Positions 27,370 through 35,424 of a DNA stretch of 64,000 bases are shown here, piece after piece. The notes beneath the pieces are model-generated. The model was given only the letters and a program-made list of their open reading frames with translations, made no database searches and was not told where the DNA came from. Every line of letters begins with the position of its first letter. The stretch's first letter is position 1. Location of the stretch: contig CAZNDB010000001.1 of NCBI GenBank assembly GCA_964571725.1, positions 322,544-386,543 of the forward strand, given 5' to 3'. The stretch comes from an uncultured Candidatus Peribacteria bacterium (GTDB lineage Bacteria; Patescibacteriota; Gracilibacteria; UBA1369). The position numbers were made by a program, and so were the translations under genes.

Positions 27370-27722
27370 TCAACCTTGCCTAAAATTTCCGGAACGGTTG
27401 TGGCAAGACTTTGCACTTTGAAATAAAGGCAAATGTCCGTTTAGCGCCCGAAAGAGGCTACCTGCTTTATCTACGCCTTCAGTTGTTTTCCATCTGTCAC
27501 AAGTGGACGGGGGGAAACCACCGATGACCTGATGCAGCAATAGCTTCTTGCGGGTGCTTACGGCATCAAGTTTCATTTAGGAAACAAGTCCGATGTCGGC
27601 ATTACGGCCGCCGGACAAACAGACTGGCCATCACCAAGTTCCGGCCGGTTTGTGTAAGAAAAACAGCCAGACCGTCAGACGGACTGGCGAGAGGTTCTCA
27701 AACGCATGCGAGGAGACAGATC

Positions 27723-28922
27723 ATGAAGAACAATGCGCTATCGGTTTCCGTCCTCGCGGCCCTCGTGTGCATCTGCATCGCGGGGACCGCCAACGCCGGC
27801 CCAGGCTGGCGTTACACCAACAGTCACGGTATGAAGCATTGCGCTTTCGCGGCCCTCGGGCCCGGCGGCGCAACTGTCAACACCGCGACCACCGCTGCCG
27901 GCAACGGCGGCGTCTCCATCACCGGCGAGCAGGGTAAGACCGTGACCCTCCGGCTGATCTGCGAGAGGCTCCAGAGCTACGATGCTCAGGGACAGCTCGT
28001 TTCGATCGGCTCGGAAGGGACCTACACGGGGCCCGGCACCGGTGTTAGCATCGGCGTGGACAAGCCCGACGACCAGACGACCTCCGGCTACAAGCTCCCG
28101 AAAGGGATGGAGTGGACGGTTCAGGTCGGCGACGCGCCTGCCACCTACCAGCTCGGTTGGAGTGGAAGCAACGGCAGCGACACGCTCAGCGTGACCGTCG
28201 CTCCCGTAGCGCCGCCTCCGACCGTGCCCCAGGTACAGAGCCTCGTTCAGCCCGCCCAGCAGAAAGCCGACGACGCCTACAAGATGGCGGAGTCGAGCGG
28301 ACATGGCTGGCAGAATCGGGTGTTCGCATTCCAGGGGCAGTACACCCTCGGCCTCGACAGTCTCAACAACGATGGGGACGCGCGCCAGGGGTGGGGGATC
28401 GACGCCAATGTCTTCCTCGGAAGCGATCCGAATGTTCGGTTCCTCACGGGACTGAACCTCCGGCACGACTTCCGGCAGAAGCCGCTGGTGGCTGCTCCCA
28501 ACATGCCGGTGAACGGGTTCAACCAGTTCATCGACTGGCAAACGCTCTTCATCGGCCCCAAAGCCGGCGTGGAGTGGATGCCTGCAAGCTGGTTCCAGCT
28601 GCAGGCCTGGGCTTCTCTCGGCGCGTTGATATCGATTGACGGCACCGTGCCGTTGTCCCAGCTGCCCGACCGCACTCTCTACAGCGGCGAGTCCTCGACG
28701 ACCGGCGCCCTCGGCTACAACGTCACGGTCCAACCCGGTTTTGTGATCGGGGAACACTTCGTGCTTGGCGCCAACATCGGCATCCTCGGCAACCTCTCCA
28801 AGGTGGCCAAGGAGCGAGGGCCGGAACAGATCTGCAACCAGACGACAGGGGACTGTCTGGTGCAGCGGAAAGGATGGTTCCTCGACGTCCCCCTGGGATT
28901 CTTCGCGGGATTCCAGCTCTAG
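27723..28922 (+). CDS. GC-rich secreted protein with C-terminal outer-membrane beta-barrel-like half
   Basis: SD GAGGAG lies 7 nt upstream. Signal peptide is MKNNALSVSVLAALVCICIAGTANA. After a Pro-rich linker there are about 8 alternating amphipathic strands (VFAFQGQYTLGL, VRFLTGLNLRHDF, FQLQAWASLGALISI, WFLDVPLGFFAGFQL). GC3 is high in this frame. Confidence 0.7.
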   Translation: MKNNALSVSVLAALVCICIAGTANAGPGWRYTNSHGMKHCAFAALGPGGATVNTATTAAGNGGVSITGEQGKTVTLRLICERLQSYDAQGQLVSIGSEGTYTGPGTGVSIGVDKPDDQTTSGYKLPKGMEWTVQVGDAPATYQLGWSGSNGSDTLSVTVAPVAPPPTVPQVQSLVQPAQQKADDAYKMAESSGHGWQNRVFAFQGQYTLGLDSLNNDGDARQGWGIDANVFLGSDPNVRFLTGLNLRHDFRQKPLVAAPNMPVNGFNQFIDWQTLFIGPKAGVEWMPASWFQLQAWASLGALISIDGTVPLSQLPDRTLYSGESSTTGALGYNVTVQPGFVIGEHFVLGANIGILGNLSKVAKERGPEQICNQTTGDCLVQRKGWFLDVPLGFFAGFQL

Positions 28923-29085
28923 CCAGTACCGGAGACCGGCAGCGAACGGCGCGGCGCAAACGCTCGCACGCTCGCTACACACGGCCAACGCGCAGCCAAG
29001 TAGCTGCCGGTTTCCGGGAACAACAAGAAACAGGCCCGCCCGTAGGCAGGCCAGACAGAAGCCTACGGGCAAGGAGAACATTCTC

Positions 29086-30525
29086 ATGAATCGAAAGAAG
29101 AGTGGGCCAGTCTTGTGGCTGGCTCAGACAATCCTCTCGCGAGGCAGGACAGCTCTCGGGCTGACCCTGGCCTCACTCGTACTCGCGCTGGCCGCCCTCA
29201 CGGGGCTGGCTGGTTGCGACGACACTCCGTCCAATGAGGCCTGCCTCACGGACGGCGACCCCTGGTGCCGCAGCTATGTAGCCCCTGGCTCCGGGGGAAC
29301 CGGCAACTCTGGGCAGGGGGGCAACCCCAACCAGAGCTGCTACGACGACCCCAACTACGGCCACGAGTGCACGCAGTCCAACGGTCAGCCCGGTATCTGG
29401 GACTGCAACGAAGCCGAGAACGGCCTCATCTGCGTGGACATCCACGGCAACGGAGGCACCGGCGGCAGTGGCAATTCTGGACAGGGCGGCTCGGGCAATG
29501 CAGGGAACGCCGGTACTGGCGGCTCCGGTGGCAGCTACAACTGCGCAACCGACCCCAACAACGGCGATCCTTGCACGCTTACCGGTGGCGAAACGGGCCA
29601 CTGGGCGTGTAACGCCAACGGAACGGGCCTGGTCTGCGTCTCCAACGGTGGAGGCGGCGGATCGGGCGGCACGGGTGGCAGCGGTGGCACGGGCAATTCC
29701 GGCACCGGCGGCAACCCCAATTACAACTGTGCAAACGACCCTCAGTTGGGCACAATCTGCTCGATGGGTGTCGGCATCTGCCTCAGGAACGGCGTGCAGA
29801 TCTGCAACCAGGTCGGCGACGGCTTGGTCTGCAGCGTGAACGCCGGTTCTCCCAATCCGCTCGGCGAGATCTGTAACAACGGTCTCGACGACAACTGCAA
29901 CAATGCAACCGACGAGCAACCCTGCACCAACGGAGGTGGGGGAGGCTCCGGCGGCACTGGCGGCAGCGGCGGAACGGGCGGAGCAGGTGGCAGCGGAGGA
30001 TCCGGTGGCGCAGTCGATTGCACTCCGGTCAGCTCCTCCACGACGATGGTGACGGGCGCGAACTCACTCGTCTCACTGCTCAAGGGTGCGGGACTCACGA
30101 GTACGTCCAATCCCTACCAGCACACTCTGGTCAACGGTGACCTTCTGTCGCTGGTCGCGAGCGGCGGCCTCTCCATCAACGTGTCGGCGGGATCGATGAA
30201 CTACTGGGAGCCCTACAGTCCCAGCGGCGACCCGATGCCCCTGATCGACGCCTTGTTCTGCCGACAGCTCGGGATTGACCCCCCGACCCCCGCCAGCTGC
30301 AACGACGGCGTGATCGGAGACCGCACATCCGCATCGTACCTGTCAGCCCTCCGCATCGACTGGGAGTGCTGGCGCAAGGGACTGTGCCCTGCCACCCTGG
30401 AAGGGCACATGCCTGGAGATCTCTTCGCACTCAGGAAGGTCATCGCAGTGGGCGACCCCCTCAACGGTTACACCTTCAACGGTTTGAAGTGGGGGCTGCT
30501 CGAAATGCCCCCCAAGTGCCTCTGA
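29086..30525 (+). CDS. GC-rich lipoprotein with three 4-Cys modules, Gly/Ser/Asn linkers and a CNNGLDDNCNNATDE motif
   Basis: The ATG at 29086 is preceded by AAGGAGAA. Lipobox is LTGLAGCDD. The repeated pattern is C-x3-DP-x-C...W-x-C...GL-x-CV. The C-terminal domain is about 170 aa. Confidence 0.7.
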   Translation: MNRKKSGPVLWLAQTILSRGRTALGLTLASLVLALAALTGLAGCDDTPSNEACLTDGDPWCRSYVAPGSGGTGNSGQGGNPNQSCYDDPNYGHECTQSNGQPGIWDCNEAENGLICVDIHGNGGTGGSGNSGQGGSGNAGNAGTGGSGGSYNCATDPNNGDPCTLTGGETGHWACNANGTGLVCVSNGGGGGSGGTGGSGGTGNSGTGGNPNYNCANDPQLGTICSMGVGICLRNGVQICNQVGDGLVCSVNAGSPNPLGEICNNGLDDNCNNATDEQPCTNGGGGGSGGTGGSGGTGGAGGSGGSGGAVDCTPVSSSTTMVTGANSLVSLLKGAGLTSTSNPYQHTLVNGDLLSLVASGGLSINVSAGSMNYWEPYSPSGDPMPLIDALFCRQLGIDPPTPASCNDGVIGDRTSASYLSALRIDWECWRKGLCPATLEGHMPGDLFALRKVIAVGDPLNGYTFNGLKWGLLEMPPKCL

Positions 30526-30751
30526 TCTCCCCAAAGTCCCAACCGGAGTTTGAGCTTCCCTGAAGTTCGCTCCTTTCACCCCAAACTTGATGCCGATCTC
30601 CTCGCCGATTGACCGGTCTCCCCGACCGATCATGAACGTGGACGCCCAGTCACTCCAGCCCGGAATGACGTCGGCTAAGCATCAATTAACCCCTAACCCG
30701 AGTGACCGCGAACTGCCCCGTGCAGTGTCAAAGGTCCCGGAAAGGAGGAAC

Positions 30752-30784
30752 GCCCCGCCCATCGCAAGATGTGGCGGGGCTTTT
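30752..30784 (+). terminator. rho-independent terminator after 29086-30525
   Basis: GCCCCGCC at 30752-30759 pairs with GGCGGGGC at 30773-30780, followed by TTTT. Confidence 0.7.
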
Positions 30785-31101
30785 CCAAATATATTTAATT
30801 AACAAAAGACTTTACAAACAGTAGTTAATATGTTAAAACATAATCTTGCTTTGGATCTATAAAAAAATAGGTCCCTGGCAGAATCTTTGAAAACTCATTG
30901 GATAAACAATATCGGGATAACCGACTTGTTTCTAACAGAAAAACAGGAGCTACGAATCTAGACAATCTGCAACGACCTGCAACTTAGAAACAACTTGGTC
31001 ATCCCGATTAAATGCGGGAAAAACACCTTTGAAAGGTGTCGGTCTCTGCTCGGAAGCTTAACTTATTCTGCAAACGCTCGGCAATCACGGAGGAATGCAT
31101 C

Positions 31102-31881
31102 ATGAAAACCAAGCTCAACAATCTGTTTTGGTCTCTCATCAGCGCTCTACTCGGACTCGTCGGCATCGTCTCACTCGCTGCCTTCAGCACCGGTTGCGAC
31201 GATGGCGGGTACGAGCTGGTACCCTGCACCACCTGCGGCACGCCTGATGGCGGCGCGGGAACGGGCGGGTCGGCCGGCAACGACGGTAACCTCAACCCCG
31301 GCGGGAGCGGCGGCGGCGATCAGTCGCCCCAGCCCAACCCCGGCTGCGAGCAGGTGCCCAGCTACTGGGATCTGCGTAGCTTCAACGGGTGCATGACCAG
31401 CAGCGATCTGGCAGGCGCGTTCCGGATGGCAAACCATCAGGAATACACCTACCAGGGCAAGAGCTTCCCCGAAAACTCCAGCCCGGAGCAAGGCGAAGTC
31501 TGGTACATGCTCGCGGAAGAAACCGACTGCGGCCCCATGACGCTCAGCGCCGTGTCCAACAGCGGCACTGTCGAGCTCACCGCAGGCAGCGAAGTGGACT
31601 GGTACTTGATCGAGCCGGCGATGGCCGAGCTGATCTGGACCAAGCTCCACAACGGCAACGCGCCCAGTTACTCGGACACGCTCTCGGGCGCGTTCGGCTC
31701 GCTCCTGATCGACATCTTCGAGTGCGAGGTGACCAACGTCACCTGCGCGCTCAAGAGCACGATCCCGGGCGGCTGGCCGACCTACGGCGGCGGCATCGTT
31801 CAGTTCCAACATACGGGGCCGAACGCCACCGCCAAAGGCGCCTTCTGCGGTCACATGTACGTCGTGGCCCGCTCCCACTGA
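31102..31881 (+). CDS. GC-rich lipoprotein (259 aa)
   Basis: The ATG at 31102 is preceded by GGAGGAA. Signal peptide with lipobox is LAAFSTGCDDGG. A Gly-rich linker is followed by a Cys-containing globular domain. Confidence 0.7.
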   Translation: MKTKLNNLFWSLISALLGLVGIVSLAAFSTGCDDGGYELVPCTTCGTPDGGAGTGGSAGNDGNLNPGGSGGGDQSPQPNPGCEQVPSYWDLRSFNGCMTSSDLAGAFRMANHQEYTYQGKSFPENSSPEQGEVWYMLAEETDCGPMTLSAVSNSGTVELTAGSEVDWYLIEPAMAELIWTKLHNGNAPSYSDTLSGAFGSLLIDIFECEVTNVTCALKSTIPGGWPTYGGGIVQFQHTGPNATAKGAFCGHMYVVARSH

Positions 31882-31957
31882 ACCCTTAAAGGCGTAAGTG
31901 GGGACGGCGCGAACTGTCCTCCTCCGCAGAGAGCGTTTTCCCCGCTCCCGCCCCGCA

Positions 31958-31994
31958 CCCCCACCCGGTCACCTCAAAAAGGCCCGGGTGGGGG
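31958..31994 (+). terminator. GC-rich hairpin after 31102-31881
   Basis: CCCCCACCCGG at 31958-31968 pairs with CCGGGTGGGGG at 31984-31994. No U-tract. Confidence 0.45.
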
Positions 31995-32052
31995 ATTGCG
32001 GCCCATCTCTATCCAATGAGTTTTCTTTTCCACCTATTCTACCTACAACCCC

Positions 32053-33042
32053 TTACTGTTCGGAAAGGTTATTTGAGCGTAAATCCAAGGTAAAAACATC
32101 ATCTTTAATCGGTATTTCCCGGTGTTCAATCGCCAGACCGGCTGGTTTACGGTCAGTATTTAATGAGCCTAAAATTTGTTCACGTTTCAATAAATTCAGC
32201 AGATGGCTGCCGTAACCACTCTTGAGAGTTCTGTCCGCCAGGACGCGCAATTGATCGGCGTTGATATAACCCATTTTATAGGCAATTTCTTCTATACAGC
32301 CTATTTTAATTTCCTGTCTCTTCTCAACCACTTCCACAAAATTGGAGGCCTGCATCATTGAGTCAAAAGTACCGGTGTCCAGCCAGGCCACACCCTGTTC
32401 CAGTATTTGCACTTTCAGTCTACCCTGGCGCAGATATTCAGCATTTACATCTGTTATTTCATATTCACCGCGCGCGCTGGGCTGAAGATGCTTGGCAATG
32501 GACACGACATCGTTGTCATAAAAATAAATTCCGGGAATGGCAAAATTGGATTTGGGACGGGCCGGTTTTTCTTCGATTGAAATAGCCCTTTTTTCAGAAT
32601 CGAACTCCACTACCCCATATCTGCCTGGATCAGCAACATGATAGGCAAAAATTATGCCTCCGTTGGGATCCGTAGAGGCCCTCGCCAGGTCTTCGACATG
32701 ATTGCCGTAAAAAATATTATCACCCAGAATCAGACAAACTTTATCCCGTCCGATGAAGCGTTCTCCAAGTATAAAAGCCTGGGCCAGCCCGTCCGGTTTG
32801 GCCTGCGTAATATATTGGAAATTGCAGCCGTAAAGAGAGCCGTCTCCTAAAAGATTGATAAACGTCTGTTGATCCTGTGGATTGGTTATTATCAAGATAT
32901 CCCGAATCCCCGCGCCCATCAGTACCGACAGGGGATAATAAATCATCGGCTTGTCGTAAATCGGCATCAGCTGTTTACTGATGGCCAGGGTAATCGGATG
33001 CAGTCTGGATCCCGTTCCGCCAGCCAGAATAATTCCCTTCAT
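32053..33042 (-). CDS. rfbA: glucose-1-phosphate thymidylyltransferase with C-terminal extension of about 40 aa
   Basis: [18 protein letters not shown]...[17 protein letters not shown] is canonical for RmlA. The sequence continues about 40 aa past the usual ...GYG.HLLNLLK end. Confidence 0.92.
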   Translation of the reverse strand: MKGIILAGGTGSRLHPITLAISKQLMPIYDKPMIYYPLSVLMGAGIRDILIITNPQDQQTFINLLGDGSLYGCNFQYITQAKPDGLAQAFILGERFIGRDKVCLILGDNIFYGNHVEDLARASTDPNGGIIFAYHVADPGRYGVVEFDSEKRAISIEEKPARPKSNFAIPGIYFYDNDVVSIAKHLQPSARGEYEITDVNAEYLRQGRLKVQILEQGVAWLDTGTFDSMMQASNFVEVVEKRQEIKIGCIEEIAYKMGYINADQLRVLADRTLKSGYGSHLLNLLKREQILGSLNTDRKPAGLAIEHREIPIKDDVFTLDLRSNNLSEQ

Positions 33043-33115
33043 AATGATTTCATTACAGGGGTAAAAGTTATCGTTTTTATCGGTCTAAATCAACCTTTAT
33101 CTGTTGCCGGGAGCA

Positions 33116-34000
33116 TTAGAGGGTCTTGACGTCATCCAGGTAATCTTTCAAAGCTTCTTTCCAATGACGCAATTCTGGTAATTTAGTGTTAATCAAAGCT
33201 GAAAACTGAGGTCTCTTGGCTGGAGAAGGCCACTCTTCCATGGTGATGGGTTCCACCAGGTCTGATACAAACCCGGCTTCTGTTATCAATGTTCTGGCCA
33301 ATTCATACCAATTGGTGATTCCGGCATTGGTGATGTGATAAATGCCTGATTCATATTCATTGGACTCTACAAGCCATTTAACCTGTCTGGCCAGGTCCAG
33401 TGAGTAAGTGGGTTTGGCCCATTGGTCCTTCACGGCCTGAAACTTGTCCTTTTTACGGGCATTATCCAGCATTTTGGATAAAAGGTTGTCCCCGTGGCTG
33501 CCAAACATATAGGAGGTTCTGATGATGTAATAGCGGCCTTCTGATTGGTCTTCCGGATCGAATTCAGCTTCCATCATATCCACGATCAGCTGTTCGCCCA
33601 ACAATTTGCTCCGTCCATAAGCATTAATCGGATTGGGGGGATCGGACTCCCTGTAACCGTCCTTGCGGGTGCCGTCAAACACATAATCCGAGCTAAAATG
33701 AACCAGAACTATACCGAAATCACGGCAAATTTTGGCCAGTTTTCCAACGGCGTAACCATTGACCTGATTGGCTTTTTCTTCCTCCTGTTCGGCCTTATTA
33801 ACGTCGCGGTAAACGGTGGCGTTGATGATAACATCGGGCCGCGAGTTCAAAATCTCAGTCTTGAGTTGCTCCTCATTGGTAATATCCAATTCGTCTTTTC
33901 CCAGTGCGATAAAATCGCGGTCATGAAAAGCTTTCTGCAAATCCATTCCCAGTAACCCGTTTTTTCCCAGAATCAAATAGCGGCTGGTTTGATCAATCAT
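33116..34000 (-). CDS. rfbD: dTDP-4-dehydrorhamnose reductase
   Basis: 294 aa. RmlD-like (ILGKNGLLG, SSDYVFDG, YGRSKLLGE). Overlaps rfbB by 4 nt. Confidence 0.85.
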   Translation of the reverse strand: MIDQTSRYLILGKNGLLGMDLQKAFHDRDFIALGKDELDITNEEQLKTEILNSRPDVIINATVYRDVNKAEQEEEKANQVNGYAVGKLAKICRDFGIVLVHFSSDYVFDGTRKDGYRESDPPNPINAYGRSKLLGEQLIVDMMEAEFDPEDQSEGRYYIIRTSYMFGSHGDNLLSKMLDNARKKDKFQAVKDQWAKPTYSLDLARQVKWLVESNEYESGIYHITNAGITNWYELARTLITEAGFVSDLVEPITMEEWPSPAKRPQFSALINTKLPELRHWKEALKDYLDDVKTL

Positions 34001-35001
34001 TTGTCTTGAATAAAATTAAGTAATCTTGATTCGGTAGCCTTCACCCACTCAGGATTATTTTTATACCAGTCAAAAGTCATTTTTATCCCGTCTTCAAATT
34101 TTACGGTCGGTTCCCAGCCCAGGTCTTTTTTAATCTTGGACGGATCTATGGCGTATCTGCGGTCATGGGCTTTGCGGTCAACCACGAACTTGATATTGGT
34201 TGGATCCTTGTCCAAAAACTTTAATATGTGGCCGGCAATTTCCAGATTATTTTTCTCATTATGTCCGCCGATATTGTAAACCTCACCGTAATTGTTGCTG
34301 GAAACAATTAAATCAATGGCCCGGCAGTGATCCAGTACATACAGCCAGTCACGCACGTTTTTCCCGTCTCCGTAAATAGGCAGCGGTTGGCCCTCTGAGG
34401 CCAGCTTAAAGAAAAAAGGAATCAGTTTCTCCGTAAACTGGTAGGGACCGTAATTGTTGGAGCAACGGCTGATAGTCGCCGGAAAGTTATAAGTTTCAAA
34501 ATAGGCGCGCACCAGCAAATCGGCAGAGGCTTTGGCAGCGGCGTAAGGGCAATTGGGGGCAAGGGGAGTAATTTCCGTGAAAAAATTCGTGGAGCCGTCG
34601 CCCAAATCGCCGTATACTTCATCAGTGGAAATCTGATGATATCGTTTTACCCCATTCTCGCGTGAAACCAGCAACAGATTGTGCGTGCCGACTATATTGG
34701 TCAGAACAAAAATACCAGGATCAACGATGCTCCTGTCCACGTGAGTTTCGGCCGCGAAATTTATCACCAGATCAAATTTTTCCTGAGTAAATAAGTTTCT
34801 CAAAAACTGCAAATCTGTGATATCTCCCTGAACAAATTTTATAGTCCCGGAGTCAATTAACCCCTGTATGTTGGGAAGATTCCCCGCATAGGTTAGTTTG
34901 TCCAACACCACAATCCGGTCGTCGGGATATTTTTCGCTGTGGAAATGTACGTAATTTGAACCTATAAACCCTGCCCCGCCGGTAATCAAAACTTTTCTCA
35001 T
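33997..35001 (-). CDS. rfbB: dTDP-glucose 4,6-dehydratase
   Basis: 334 aa. Contains ITGGAGFIGSN, HFAAETHVDRS-like, and YAAAKASADLL (YxxxK). Confidence 0.92.
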   Translation of the reverse strand: MRKVLITGGAGFIGSNYVHFHSEKYPDDRIVVLDKLTYAGNLPNIQGLIDSGTIKFVQGDITDLQFLRNLFTQEKFDLVINFAAETHVDRSIVDPGIFVLTNIVGTHNLLLVSRENGVKRYHQISTDEVYGDLGDGSTNFFTEITPLAPNCPYAAAKASADLLVRAYFETYNFPATISRCSNNYGPYQFTEKLIPFFFKLASEGQPLPIYGDGKNVRDWLYVLDHCRAIDLIVSSNNYGEVYNIGGHNEKNNLEIAGHILKFLDKDPTNIKFVVDRKAHDRRYAIDPSKIKKDLGWEPTVKFEDGIKMTFDWYKNNPEWVKATESRLLNFIQDK

Positions 35002-35414
35002 GGTCTGATTAATTTAATATAATTTTCATACTCCCTCAGATCCAGAATATAGAGCGACTTATCGTAATACAAATTACAGAGGGTAAACATTACCGAATTT
35101 TCGGTAAAATCGACAAATTCTCTCCACAGATCGGCCTTTAATTCCAGAACGTCCGCGGGCCCGTTTAAAACAATCTCCGTCCATTTTTTTCCGTCATAAA
35201 TTCTGGCCTTACAGCTTCCCTGTGCCATCACATAAAACTTCCTTTCGCCCTTCACGCAATGTCCTCCGCGCGGAAGTCTGGTATTGGTAGACCAATAGGA
35301 ACGTTTCACCGGCCAGTCCACCAGCTCGTCGATTCTGTCCAGAACCGTTAAATCTCCCCGTTCGTCGCTGAATGTTTTTAGCGTGTGTTTTACGAAAAGC
35401 GCCTGTTCGGACAT
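34998..35414 (-). CDS. small cupin-fold sugar epimerase/ketoisomerase (FdtA/WxcM-like or short RmlC-like)
   Basis: 138 aa. Has F.DERGDL and PRGGH motifs. Overlaps rfbB by 4 nt. Confidence 0.6.
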   Translation of the reverse strand: MSEQALFVKHTLKTFSDERGDLTVLDRIDELVDWPVKRSYWSTNTRLPRGGHCVKGERKFYVMAQGSCKARIYDGKKWTEIVLNGPADVLELKADLWREFVDFTENSVMFTLCNLYYDKSLYILDLREYENYIKLIRP

Positions 35415-35424
35415 GAAGAATTCA

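Noticed and set aside
27385-27400. TTTCCGG-type motifs near the edges of cassettes C1 and C2 (27388-27398, 30735-30745, 32062-32072), which might be inverted repeats like those of cassette B.
   Set aside because: Only 9-10 nt match and the matches are imperfect. One copy lies inside the rfbA coding sequence. This is compatible with chance, so I did not report it as a repeat.
27500-27560. Partial resemblance of ACCTGATGCAGCAATAGC in the long leader to the TPP riboswitch core (ACCTGATCTGGATAATGCCAGCG).
   Set aside because: The CTGAGA element and the P1-P3 pairing partners are absent, so the match is too partial to call.
27738-29087. 449-aa minus-strand ORF, plus other long antisense or alternate-frame ORFs in GC-rich blocks (29173-29919, 31171-31878, 1354-1863, 28112-28639, 31389-31889).
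   Set aside because: Long stop-free frames are expected on both strands in high-GC DNA. The plus-strand genes have an SD, a signal peptide and GC-rich third positions. The antisense products are Arg/Gly/Pro-rich with no start context.
30343-30802. ORFs 30343-30633 (minus, 96 aa) and 30587-30802 (plus, 71 aa, TTG start) in the GC-rich tail after the Cys-rich lipoprotein gene.
   Set aside because: They overlap the 3-prime end of a supported gene or run through the terminator hairpin. They have no SD or sensible composition. They may be remnants of donor sequence at most.
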